A stretch of 64,000 nucleotides of DNA from Octopus vulgaris (GCA_951406725.2 OX597816.1:30256001-30320000), one strand, 5' to 3'. Shown: positions 15,041 through 29,339, counted from the stretch's first letter. Notes: generated by a model not told the origin, from the letters alone. A program made the numbers and translations.

Positions 15041-15426
15041 CGAGAAAGACAGCGAGATATAGAATGAGAAGTAGAAAGACAAAAAAAAAAAAAGAAAATG
15101 TCAAGAAAAAAAAAATATTGCAACAAATGAAGAATTTAAAAAATAACAGACTAACATAAAACGAAAAAATATATAAAGCAACATATATGAAGTAACTGGC
15201 GAGCATCAGGGCATTAATTAGCAAAATGTAAAAAACCTGTGAAAATACTGTAACAATTTCTATGAGACGAAATATTAAACAGCTACGGAACGTTACCTTC
15301 AACATTGCTTGTTTACTTAGAAAACAGAACGAAGCACGGCTGATCACCCTGATGTGTCTGCATTTTCAGACGAACAATTCAACTACTTTTTCGGTCACTT
15401 CGTGGAAAGAGGAAGGATATTAACTA

Positions 15427-15856
15427 TACATACATACACACGTACATACATACATACATACATACATACATACATACATACATACATACATACATACATA
15501 CATTCATTCATACATACATACATACATACATACGTACGTACATACATACATACATACATACATACATACATACATACATACATACATACATGCATACATG
15601 CATACATACATACATACATACGTACATACATGCATACATACATACATACATACATACATACTTACATACATACATACATACATACTTACATACATACGCA
15701 CATGCAAATATACCATAGTACGCGTACATATGTATGTACACGGGTGTGTGTATATATGTAGGTATGTGTGTATACACACACGCACACATATATTCATATA
15801 TATATATATGCAATCATACATATACATATATACACACATATCTATCTATCTTTCTT

Positions 15857-15945
<89 letters not shown>
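15427..15945. repeat. (TACA)n, (TCTA)n and (TA)n microsatellites
   Basis: Direct reading. Confidence 0.95.
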
Positions 15946-15947
<2 letters not shown>

Positions 15948-16519
15948 CCACAGAAGCATATGCATATTTAGGTGAATTAAGATATACTTTCTAGAGCCCA
16001 TGTGTCTCTGCTAAAATTGCGTGTATATGTGTGTATGTGTGTGCAAAAATTGTTTAGTTGTCGAATGAGGGAGCATTCAATACATTGAGTAAAGTATAGG
16101 ATTTATTTAAGATGTATTATTTTCTCTCAAATCAAACTTTACGTCATAATGATCGAATGTATACTTTCCTGACGATCTCACTGCGAGGGAATCACCTGTT
16201 ATAGGTACCGGAACTCCTATATCACGTGATTTCATTCTACTGGAAGCCATGAGTGGGAGGTATCCGGTCACCGCATACCAGACACATTCCAACACATACG
16301 GATATGTTTGTGCCTGTGTGTATATGTGTACGTGCGTGCGCGCTGTGTGTTTTGATGAATCAGAGAAAATAGCCGTGCCCATGACCGTTTTGTAGAAACT
16401 CTGAGATTTTATTTTATATTTTTTTTATAATTGGACTGTGGTCATGCTGTGACACCACTTTCAAAGCTTTAATAGATCATATAAACATTCCTTGTCCATC
16501 ACTACGTATGTATATATAT

Positions 16520-16822
16520 CATCATCATCATCATCATCATCATTATCATCATCATTATCGTTTAACGTCCGTTTTCCGTGCTACCACGGGTTGGACGGTT
16601 CGACTGGAGTCTGGGAAACCAGGAGGCTGCACCAGAGTCCAGTCTGATCTGGCAGTGTTTCTACAACTGGATGACCTTCCTAACGCCAACCACTCCGTGA
16701 TTATAGTAGGTACTTTTTACGTGCCACCGGCTCAGGTGCCCAGGGGAGGCTAGTAGCGGCCACGATCGGTTGGTGCTTTTTACGTCCCACCGGCACAGAA
16801 GCCAGTCAAGGCGGCGCTGGCA
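16520..16822 (-). mobile_element. 3' part of a retroposon with (TGA)n tail, probably RTE-associated
   Basis: Minus strand GGTTGGCGTTAGGAAGGTCATCC...GGAAAACGGACGTTAAACGATAATGATGA. Confidence 0.5.
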
Positions 16823-16859
16823 TATATATATATATATATATATGCACACACACAAATAT

Positions 16860-16899
<40 letters not shown>

Positions 16900-16904
16900 C
16901 ATAG

Positions 16905-17128
16905 TAAATCCCCCGCACCCAAAAAATGAAGAACAGACAAAAAAAAAAAAACAACGAAGTGGGAAAGTGGTACATGTAAAGTATTTGCAGATGCCCAGGG
17001 AAGGAAAGAAAGATGGTGTAATGTTTCGAGCAGAGCTCTTCTTCAGAAACAGTGGAAAGTTCAATAGAAAAGGAAGACAGGGGAAGAAAATCGCCAACGA
17101 TTCACATGTGGTTACATTTTGAAATGAC
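16905..17128 (-). mobile_element. Family E short element with hammerhead motif (older copy)
   Basis: Homologous to 33192-33400; minus strand CTGAAGA-A-GAGC tct GCTC-GAAA-CATT. Confidence 0.65.
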
Positions 17129-17561
17129 ATATATATATATATATATATATATTCCAAGAAAGTTAGAGGTTGAGAATCCAACCAACCAGGGGATAATATC
17201 TATCCAATATGTTGCCGGTAGAATACCCAAATATTAATATACAAGCGTTTTTTATTGCATTGCAATAACATTACCGAATGTACTAAATGAGTGAAGGTAA
17301 AGAGATATTTTACCATTAATTTATAGAGCAATATATATACAGTGTACTGTTTCCACGGGAATATCTACTTAACAGTACTGGAGGTCCGACTGCTTTCTTA
17401 GTTTCGGAGCGAAGACAATACTACTGATTAGTTTTAATGGGTGCATAATAATCGAAACTTTCGTTTATTTAAATTAGTACGGACATTTGTCATAGCTCTT
17501 CTTAAATTCATATTTGTATTAGAGCGTGTTTAGTGGTTAACTAATTCATTTAGACAAATTG

Positions 17562-17794
17562 AAGGCGGCGAGCTGGCAGAAACGTTAGCACGCCGGGCGA
17601 AATGCGTAACCGTATTTTGTCTGCCGTTACGTTCTGGGTTCAAATTCCGCTGAGGTCGACTTTGCTTTTCATCCTTTCGGGGTCGATAAATTAAATACCA
17701 GTTACGCACTGGGGGTCGATGTAATCGATTTAATCCGTGTCTCTGTCCTTTTTGTCCCCTCTGTGTTTAGCCCCTTGTGGGTAGTGAAGAAATA
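17562..17794 (+). mobile_element. SINE family A monomer with 15-bp TSD
   Basis: TSD CATTTAGACAAATTG at 17547-17561 and 17795-17809. Confidence 0.95.
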
Positions 17795-18007
17795 CATTTA
17801 GACAAATTGCGACATGTGAAACTACATTATCTTGTCCAACCCATGTACCATTCTTTTGTCCAATGACTGGTTCTGAAAGGGATTGGTGGATCCCGATGTA
17901 TCCCTCTTTTTTGCACATCACGTTGCTGGTTCTGAGAGAAATTGAAGGACCCTTTTTAGGACAATATGACATTATTTGCATGAATTATGACTAACATTTC
18001 TAGCAGA

Positions 18008-18230
18008 TAAGGCAGCGAGTTGGCAGAATCGTTAGCACACCAATCAAAATGCTTAGGGCTATTTTGTCCACCTTTACGTTCCGAGATCAAATTCCGCGTC
18101 GGTCGACTTGACTTTTCATCCCTTTTAGGGTCGATAAAATAAGTGTAAGTTCAACAATGGAGTAGATGTAATCGACTTATCCCCCTCCTCTGAAATTGCT
18201 GGCATTGTACCAAACAATTTAAACTAAAAT
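18008..18230 (+). mobile_element. SINE family A, older copy with alternative tail
   Basis: Diverged AAGGCAGCGAGTTGGCAGAATCGTTAGC head and core. Confidence 0.75.
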
Positions 18231-18944
18231 TTCTTGCTGGTAGAATTACAAAATTCTGGTTCCTTTGTTTGTTCGTCGGGTACAACTAAATAACTGATAT
18301 ATATTTTGCTCGGCAAAGAGAGAGAAAAAAAGAAAAGAAAAAAATAACAAAGGGTAGAAGCTTATTTTAATGGCAGCCGTATGTGTCTCACTGATATACA
18401 TAACTGGAGCTTCCCATTTTTTACATGATCAATATTGAAAAAGACCCTAAAATTTATTATAGACTTAGAAGACATGTAAGAAAAAATATGGCATCGTAAA
18501 AAACAAAAACGAAACAAAATAAAAACAGGAAATATTTTAAAATACGATAAATTCGTGCGCTGTTCCAAAGTTTAGATTTAACCTTATTCCTAAATAGTGC
18601 CGTATATATTTTTTACAGCCGCACACATGCTCGAGTGATTGACAAGTTTGCTTCGGAGTAATGGTGTTCCATCTTAATGACTGATCCCTTGGGCGCTTAT
18701 CGACCCAAGTATTTAAAGTGGGTAAGCAAAAACTGATTGGAAGCCAGTCATATGAACTGCTCCTATAACTCAAAGGTCCAGCTGCGTCACATCGGCTCAC
18801 GCTGATTCGGCCTCATTAAAGGTAAAAGCAAGTAGCGATGGAATACACAGCCACTGAAACTATTGTGCAAAGAGTAGGTCGTTCAGCTCATCGATCAACC
18901 AGAATACACTTTGCCGAAACCGCAAGAAATCGATTTACATGATT

Positions 18945-19320
18945 CGTTTTTTACTTGTTTCAGTCATTAAACTGCTGCCATACTGGGGCACCGCCTTGAA
19001 GGAATTTTAGTCGAATGAATCGAGTTCAATACGTTTATCTTTTAAGCCTGCTGCTTATTCCACTGATCTCTTTTGCTGAACTGCTAAGTCATAGGACGTA
19101 AACACACCAACACCAGTTGTCAAACGGTGGTGCGAAACAGACACACACACACACACACACATACACACACATGTTTCCGTCTTCCAAATCCACTCGCAAG
19201 TCTTTGGTCAATCCGAGACTATAGTAGAAGCTAAGGGCCAAGGTGCCACGTAGTGGGACTGAATCCGAAACCATATGGTTGGGAAGCAAGCTTCTTATTG
19301 CCCATCCATGTCTGCGCCTA
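18945..19320 (-). mobile_element. SINE family B, diverged
   Basis: Similarity to other B copies. Confidence 0.8.
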
Positions 19321-19737
19321 GTCTATGTATAGATTCTCTTTGAGCTGTTACGGTCGTGATGATTTATTTATAATTTTGCTGTTGTTTTTTTAGCCCAGAG
19401 CAGCCCTTCAGTTTGCGGTCTGCTTCCTATATGAACCCATTCAACAGATCCAAAAGAGCTGCTCCACAAAAGCGTCGCAGAGGCGGACCATCACCACCAC
19501 TCCGATCCTAACTATGCTACTGGTTTAGCCCCAGCTCACGACTGATCAAGGAGAACAGAGCTATGAGAAAAAGTATTCAAGTTCAAAATATAACACTTTC
19601 TTCAGTTATCATCTATGGCGATATTTCTTTTTATCGGTCGTTTATCTGGGGCGACATTTATCAGAATATGTTCTTTCACACGCATGCGCGCGGTGCTCAC
19701 TCACACAATGTGGTCCTGGATATCCAGGACCGTAAAA

Positions 19738-20095
19738 TACGTGACTGTGTAGTAAAAAGTTTGCTTCATAATCACATTGTTCCGAGTTCAGTCCCACCGC
19801 ATGGCAACTTGGACATGTGTCTCCCAGCCTAGCCCCAGGGCGACCAAAGCCTTGTGATTAGATTTGGTAGACGGAAGCAGAAAGAATCCCGTCGTGGTGT
19901 GTATGTGTGTGTGTGTCCTCCACACCGCATGACACCTGGTGTTTGTGTGTTTACGTCCAGGTAGCCTAGCGGTTCGACAAAAGAGCCCGAGAGCATAAAT
20001 ACGAAGTAAAAAAAAGAATACTGAAATCAATTCGAATAACTTTCTTCAAAGCGGAGTCCCAGTATGGCCGCAGTCTAATGACTGATACAAGTAAA
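19738..20095 (+). mobile_element. SINE family B, diverged
   Basis: Similarity to other B copies. Confidence 0.8.
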
Positions 20096-20642
20096 TGTTA
20101 TATATATATATACTACCATTTCATATTTAGTGAAACAGAAATTTGTCCCCACCTTTAAAAAATTAGAAGCAATGGTGTTGTGTCTTTATCATTTGGTCCT
20201 GATGAGTTGAAGGTTTTGTACGAAGTTTCAGCTATAACAGGAAATATGAAGTTTAGTGACGTTTATGCTTCTCTCAACGGTATTAACGATGTAGGTAGAG
20301 GGGAGAAATTGTTTAAATAAGGTCGGTAATTGAAACCAGATGATGGTGGACTCGACGCTTCGTTGTTGAATACTTAAGTAACTTCCAATGTATTTAAGTA
20401 TCTTGTATAGTAGAATCGACTGCCAGATATTAAGAAACAGTCTCCAGTAATCGTGTGTACGCTTGCATATACACACATTCAACGCAACTCAACGTAAGCG
20501 TATATAATTATGTATGTATAGATATGCGTGTCGAATTCTGTGTGTGCGTATACGTGTTTGTGTGTGCATACATGCGTTCATAGAATACACGTATATATAT
20601 ATACAAATGCATTTCGGTTTCCGCGAAGGTGCGTATCAATAT

Positions 20643-20724
<82 letters not shown>

Positions 20725-20828
20725 TATATGAGGGATGAAGAGCATTCCGATGTCATCATGTATTTCGTTGCTAAGCCACGTATGAAGGTCCGACTTTTAC
20801 CCGACTTGTATTTTAGTGAGAAGTCATT

Positions 20829-21180
20829 ATAGGTATAAGCATGGCTGTGTAGCAAGAAGCTTTCTTTCCAACCAAAAGATTCCGGGTTCAGTTTCACTGC
20901 ATGGTACCTTGGGTAAGTGTCTTCTAATTTTGCCTCGGGCCCATGAAAAGCTTGCGTGGGGATTTGGTAGACGGAATCTGAAAGAAAAGTGTCGTACACA
21001 CACACACACAAACACATGTGTGTGTGTGAGTGTATGTATATGTGTGTCCCACTACTGCTTGGCAATCGGTGTTGGTGTGTTTACGCCCCCATAACTTAGC
21101 GGTTCAGCAACAGGATTCAGTAGAACAAGTTTCCAGGCTTTACTGAAAATTCTTCAAGGCTGTGCCCTAGCATGGTCACA
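20829..21180 (+). mobile_element. SINE family B, diverged
   Basis: Similarity to other B copies. Confidence 0.8.
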
Positions 21181-21186
21181 ACATCA

Positions 21187-21967
21187 TTATTACTGTTACA
21201 CTGCCTTCTGCGCATGCGTGCTTATAGTTGGTACTATTGTAGTCACGTGATCGGAGTTTGTGCCTGATCGCACCATTTTTCATTCTGGCTTTACAATGTA
21301 AGCATGGCCGCTCCACTAGCAATGTGCTCCGAAGAAGAACAAAGCGCAGTGATATCCGATTTCTCTGGTCGGAAGGTGTACCTTCTGTGCATGCGTGCTT
21401 ATATTTGATACTATTGTAGTCACGTGATCGGAGTTTGAGCCTGATCGCACCATTTTTCATTCTGGCTTTACAATGTAAGCATGGCCGCTCCACTAGCAAT
21501 GTGCACCAAAGAAGAACAAAGCGCAGTAATATCCGATTTCTCTGGTCGGAAGGTGTGTCAGGTGCTGAAATTCATTGGAGGCTTTTCGCACAATACGGAG
21601 ACAGTGCACTATCGCGAAGAAGTTTGTATAAGTGGATCGAGAAGTTTAAAAGTGGCCGGACAAGCGTGACGCACGAAGAAGAAGGGAGCAGGACACCTGT
21701 TGACCTCCAACACTGGCGTGAAGATTCAGCAAGCTCGAAAGAGGATAATAGTGAACCGGTTCACCATTTCCATCTCTCAGATTACTGCTCTTTGTTCTGT
21801 GGTGCACATTGCAAGTGGAGCGGCCATACTTATACTGTAGAACAGGCTCAAATTTAGATCGCGTGACCACAACAGTACCAACTATAAGCACGCATGCGCA
21901 GAAGGCAATGTGACAATAATAAATATATACTATGACGAAAATGCGGATAATTTTTTTATTGCCCCTC

Positions 21968-21970
<3 letters not shown>
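21187..21970 (+). mobile_element. Mariner-derived fold-back element with N-terminal transposase remnant
   Basis: IRFLWSEGVSGAEIHWRLFAQYGDSALSRRSLYKWIEKFKSGRTSVTHEE matches the mariner HTH region; right end CCCCTCG-TA; left arm inverted at ~21780-21922; ~177-bp internal tandem duplication. Confidence 0.85.
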
Positions 21971-22007
<37 letters not shown>

Positions 22008-22231
22008 AATAATAACAAGGGTAAACTTAATTAATTAACTAGTTATTAATAATTTTACTAAGTAGTGTTCTGTATTTTTCCCTCTATGCCTACGTGTAAT
22101 GTTTTTGAGTATACATTGTCAGGGAGACTCTTCTTATAGTAGAGGAAATAGCTAAATTCATTGGCTGCTATTTCTAAAAGTTCGGTATGTGGTAAAGCAA
22201 ATTTTTTTTGCTGAACCCTAATTATATAAAG

Positions 22232-22400
<169 letters not shown>

Positions 22401-22875
22401 ATATGCATGTATACATACATACATACACACACACACACCTTATGGATATACATATATATTCATGTTGTATCATTGATCGTCTGTTTAACTTGCTGGTTAA
22501 AGAGTCAATCGTCTTTTCTTTTTTGTTTTACTTTCTGTTCGTCAGTGTTCCTTCGTCGTCATTCGCAACATTTTCAGTGAATACTGCTGAAAATGTTGCG
22601 AATGGTAGCGAGAAAAAAACAAACAAACAAAAAAGAACGACTGATTGTTTAATGAACAGATTAAACAAAAGATTGATTAGTTAGATAGATAGATAATTAA
22701 CTAATTGACTAATAATAAAGGATTGGGGGTTGAACCGGTATATATGTTGCTAATATTGGTATAAGGAATCCCCCCAAAACACAATGAAATTTGTTTCAAC
22801 ATAGGAATTCGCATAAAGAACTTTACTAGCCAAATATAAAAATGAAGTAACATATATAGTTAAATATATATAAAC

Positions 22876-22970
<95 letters not shown>

Positions 22971-23927
22971 GGATTAAATGAATACAGGCATGTGTTTATA
23001 AATGGATTTATGTAAACACACTGGGGTGTGCGTATCAAACATTTGTCTAGCTTATGTTTTAGTTCCAAAATAGAAAAGTGCTATTTAAGCTATTTGCCAT
23101 TTTTCGGAATAAATTATATACTAGCCGTCTGTATATTGTGAAGTCTGTTCTTTATTAATTTGACCTTGAAGTGTTGTTCTATAGTAACTTGCCATGTTCA
23201 TAAAACCTTCTACGGCTACCGAAATACCACAAATTCAGTAGTTGCTATTGCTATTGTTCAAGTTCGTTTTAGCGCTGATATTCTTTTCCCAGAGCAAGAC
23301 CTATATAAAAGTTTCACTTGGTGCATTACTCCGGCTCCGTAAGCAAAGGTGGGAGGTTGGCCGGTGTGTTTATATGCTAGGATATCTTCCTCTGTAACCT
23401 CACATTTCTGTTGAATTTGTGATGAATGGATTCGGAAAGTAGTCCCATATCGCCTAATCAAATTTCTCTCCGAGGCTCTGTTGCGTTATCTTTTTTTCTT
23501 CGTTTCTCTTAAAGAAATTTATCTAATAAACTATTAAGAAACATTATCTAACAAAACATATCATAAATATATCTACACAGAAAAACATATTTGCAGCGTG
23601 GAAGGTGTTTGTAAGCCAATGGCTTACAAACACCTTCCACGCTGCAATTGTTTTCGTTCCAGCACACGATCTCAGATCAAATCACTTGCTATGCAAGTAC
23701 ATCTCCGAAAAAAAATATTTATTCATCTTTAATCAACCTTTAACCTTAAACAATTTCCTTCAGCCTATATATGAAACTTATCCCCCAATATTTAAACTAA
23801 AACAAAATTACTAACCATAATTAATTTTAACTAACACTAAAATGTAACAATAAACATAAACTAGCTACCATATAAATCAAATAGCATTTCACTACCATTT
23901 ACCCTTAAAATAATAACTATGCCACGT

Positions 23928-23969
<42 letters not shown>

Positions 23970-23977
<8 letters not shown>

Positions 23978-24414
23978 GCAAGATTTTTTATGTGAAGTCG
24001 TGTGTTGAAACATATATTGTTGTATTTCGGAATGGTCATTTTGCCACTTTAGCCAATAAACAAAAACAAAAACAAATTACACGAATGTATATAAACAGAA
24101 GATACAAATATTACAGGCATCCACCCCCACACACACACTAACTAAACATAGACACACATAGCGATATACGCATGCGCAAATGAAGACACATACAATAGAA
24201 ATACAAAATGGCTGACGGTTGGTAAGGAGAGATACAAATAAGAAAGAAGAAAGCAAAGGACCACTGATGCAGTCACAGGAGTGTGACGAAAGAACTCTGG
24301 CCGAAATAAGATTAAGATTAATGTAAAAAATAAATAACACTGAAGCAAAGTAACACCAAATATATAGTGCGTGTGTTTTTATTGGCTAAACTGGCAAAAT
24401 GACCATTCCGAAAT

Positions 24415-24422
<8 letters not shown>
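23970..24422 (+). mobile_element. Non-autonomous Penelope-like element with inverted terminal segment and hammerhead motif
   Basis: 24015-24060 is inverted at 24376-24422; (TA)n on both sides; hammerhead at 24258-24302; deleted relative at 61962-62106. Confidence 0.6.
24258..24302 (+). ncRNA. Type I hammerhead ribozyme motif (one core deviation)
   Basis: CCA-CTGATGCA-GTCAC aggagt GTGAC-GAAA-GAAC-TC-TGG; stems I and II pair. Confidence 0.55.
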
Positions 24423-24480
<58 letters not shown>

Positions 24481-24713
24481 GCAAACATATAGAAGCATTA
24501 TTACTGTTAAAAACAGTAATAATGAGATGGCTAGCAAGACTTCTACCTAAACAGGTATAATATGAAATATTTGAATAAAAGAAGGGTAAAAATACCTCTT
24601 GCCAAAGATGAAAGTGGAAGCTTGAAAAACCACCAATACTACGATAAATATTGGTGGTTTTTGAACCTTTCACTTTCGTTTTTGGCAAGCGGTATTTTTA
24701 TCTTTCTTTCATT

Positions 24714-24766
<53 letters not shown>

Positions 24767-25097
24767 TAAAGTAAATAAGTCTTCATATTTCGAGAAACTA
24801 ATATCCACTAAATAATATTATTAGACCATTATGCAAAAGGTACAAAATTTAAACTTTACTATACTTTGATTTAATAAATTTTCCCTCACAGTACAACAAA
24901 ATTATTTCTATACCTATTACTTTAAAATACACATTTTTTCCTAATTATTTCAACTCGAATATCAACTAACCTTAAGAAACCAACACCAATATATTGTCCA
25001 TTTATATATATATATATATCCTTCCATTTATAAGACAAATTCCTTTGATTTGAGTTAGATTTTACACTTTTCTAATTAAGAGATGAGGAATTATGTA

Positions 25098-25207
25098 CAT
25101 TATTTACATTATTTACATTTGACGGATATTTGTCCTCATCTTGTTTGTTGTTAACAACAAACAAGATGAGGACAAATATTCGTCAAATGTAAATAATGTA
25201 AATAATG
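25098..25207. repeat. 110-bp near-perfect palindrome
   Basis: Centred on GTTAAC (25150-25155), one mismatch. Confidence 0.95.
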
Positions 25208-27377
25208 AGTTAGATTTGGTTAGTATTTCTAATCCTTCGTTAGGTCATGATATTTTTGCTGATTATTCACAGGTAATATCTTAGCTTAAAAACCATTTTA
25301 ACGTACTTCTTTATACCAACCACGCCATAGTCTAACGCTGATTTATGTTTTAAGATTTGAAGGAGTGATTTGAAAGACACTTAGTTACTATTTATAACTG
25401 ACAGAACAGTTATAATCCCTCATTTTGTTGTTTAGCCACGGATAATTTCTAATTGGTCAGATCTCTGATTACAGATGTTCTAACCCAATAAATATGTCTT
25501 AATATCAGTGACCACATTATCCGACTTACACTTCTGTGTTGCTAAGATGGCTAAACGGAATTTGAGAGAGATTTGATTGCTATTTCTAGCAGAAACGGCA
25601 ACCACATAGAGGATCTATGTGTCTTGTAGTAAGCCTGATCTTTTATAACTCAGTCTGAGGACGATAGGCATTACCGCTTCAGGTTTTTGCGGAGCTCGAC
25701 GTTTTCAGTAGCTGTAGGTAACAGTACTTGCGATTATTTAGTGTTTCTTCTGACCTGAATTTTGCGTCGACAGAATGTTCAAACTGTTCAGCTGTTCAAA
25801 CCCCTTTCAAGGCACAAAAGTCATTTAAGATCTAACACGAGGAAAGAGCAATTATAGGTAAAAGAAGAGGTGCAAGAACGATTATAGGCGCAAAAAGATC
25901 TGCAAGGAGCAGACAGTTACCTTAATTTGAAATATTATGTTAAGTATACCGTTTTAAAATTGTGGTTACGAAAAACGGGATTGTTTTGATCGGCCTCATT
26001 TCTGTTCGCAATCGCTTCAGAGAACCACTTCTCTCTTCCTCTGTCCAGAAGGAGTCTACATGATGGTGCAAATCTATTTATAATGGATGCAAATCAATGC
26101 TCATCTAAACTGCTCTGTCTAATTTGCTTTACAGCGTATTCGTTCACAAATTAATTAACACTGTAAACGGAGCGTTTATAATACAATTTCAAATGTAAGG
26201 TATGCTACGAATGCAGTGTCATGCAATTAGACTTACCAATTTAGCTGAATTAAAGTTTGAATTTCTTGAAACTAACTAGAAGCTATTCCGTTCACTATGG
26301 GTTGTTTCTTATCTGATGAGATTCCAAAGAAAATTGAAACTATACCATTTCTGGAAGTAATGATAAAAACATTTGCTTCCAAACATTTGCATTTCGCAGG
26401 GAGGCTGAAAATTTTATTGCATCATTAAAGTGTATTTTTTACATTACATTAATTAATGTTTATACGCGTGCCTACCAGTGCGTGTGTATCTTTAAGAAGC
26501 TAGCTTTACGATCAAGTCTTTTTGAATTCAGTCTTCTATTGTAGCCCTGGGCATACTGATGCCTTATCAGTGAACATGATAGGCGGAAACTATGTGTGTG
26601 CAAACGCGCACGTATTGTTGTATATTTGCTTCAGTTCCTTTGATTGTCCTCCCACCACTTCGCTGGACAATTGGTTTACGACTCCACAACTTAACAGTTC
26701 AGCAAAAAGACCGGATAGACTAAGTACCAGACTTAAAAAATAAGTATTGTAGTCGATCTGTTCAAATAAAAGAACTGAAGCAAAAGAAAATAATAAACAC
26801 CCATAGACACATATTTATCTTCACAAGTATGTATGTATATGCTCGCACACATTCACACACACTCACACATACACGCACACACACACACATACACACGCAC
26901 CTCAAAGGTGGCCATAGGTTCCTAAATGCCAAAATACAATTTGTCAATTTGAAAGCTCACCACGATGTTATGATTTTGCAAGAGGAGAATAACGTAAACG
27001 AGCTGTCAGTTTTCAACGAACAATTCATAATTTTAATGTTTTTGACGAGTAAAACCGCTGCTCAATTTATGTTAATGCCATGTCATCTTCAAATTAGTCC
27101 ATTTTGCAAAATCTTGTTTGAATAGTTGCTTGCTTGACAAATTTAGCATTTCATTTTATCACTGTCAATGTCACATTCGACATAAATCAAAACACGCGCG
27201 TGCAGACAACGAGGGTACCTCTCTGCGGTCACTCGACAAGCTACAGAGTTTTCAGCTGATCCACCCATAGATCTGTCGGTGCAGAAGGGATTTGTGATGA
27301 AGGATCCCAAAACTCAGTCTTTACGTTGTCAAGCAATGCTAGGGAGACAAACACAGACACACAAACACATGCACACA

Positions 27378-27518
<141 letters not shown>

Positions 27519-28208
27519 GACAGGCTTTACTAATGTTCATGCTTACAACTATGCTTTTGTCAGTTTTCTCGTAGGCAAGAGCCCACAGATGAGCGACAAA
27601 AGAAGAGTAAGCCCTTCAACAGCATAAACATAAGAAAAGAAAAGAAATTACATCAATTGCGCTGCCACCTACTTCAATGTGAGCAGCACTTGATTACCGT
27701 TCTGGCACTCTCCAGATGTTAAGTTTCAGTATCACTGGGAAATGTTCCTGTTGAATGTACAGCTTTAAATATAGTTAAGACCGCATGCCAAAACTAAGCC
27801 GTACTCATCAGAATAAGAAAATATTTCAACACTACAAGAAATACTGATACGCTATGTATATTCATATACTTATATACTTAATATATGTAATCATGTGTCT
27901 ATGTGCACGTGTGTCTATATATATATATGTATTCCATTATTGTTTTTTGTTTTTTTATATCTGTCCCTTTTGCTGTCCTGGTGTTCGTATGCATTCGATC
28001 CTTCTTCCAGGAAATCTACGCTTAGCTTAGTTTTTCTAATGCTCGTTGCTTGGTTTTTCTTGGAGGGCTGGCCGTGATCTAGTAATCTCAAGATTAATCA
28101 GCCGAAATTACTACGATGATCCGGTTCTTGACTGAAGACTGAGGGTTTCGATATTGTGTCGTCTTCTAAGAGTTATACGTTCTTGTCCATGTTGTATTTT
28201 TCTACATA

Positions 28209-28700
<492 letters not shown>

Positions 28701-29090
28701 CAACTGAAGTAGTAGTTACCAATATGAATAAATTTGCATATGAATGCAAGTAAAAAAAAAAAAAGAAAAATTGTTTCTGTTGGGTCCTTTTTAATGCTAA
28801 TATGATATCATTTTTCCATGGCATTTTGTACAGATGTTTGTTGCATGCGTGGAACATTGTACCGAAATTACGTGGTTCAATTGTTCTCGTAAGATACTAT
28901 GTAAACATATTAATCTTGCTTTAAAAACAAATAAACACATTCTGTTCTCTATTAGAAGCTTATTATCTTGTGTCGCTAGCCACAGTCTGAACAGAATTAA
29001 AATCCTTTACGCGTTTCTGATACACATATACAAATATATTACTATTATTGTTGCTGTTGTCATTATTATTATTATTACTACTACTACTAC

Positions 29091-29148
<58 letters not shown>

Positions 29149-29339
29149 GTTGTTATTAATTTTCTGACAGTGACTTCGCAGTGTCACTGGTAACTGACGT
29201 CGTCAGGCTGCTGGTGGTCGCAAGTCTGGTGTCGCCAATTGTCAGCGAGACTTCGAAGTCACTGTTAAAATTATTAACATTTGACATCAGAGTTATATTC
29301 TATATTAATAAGAATTTCTTTCATCTATGTATCTATCTT

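Noticed and set aside
16107-16382. 91-aa minus-strand ORF in unique sequence
   Set aside because: No recognisable homology; partly runs through a TG-rich tract
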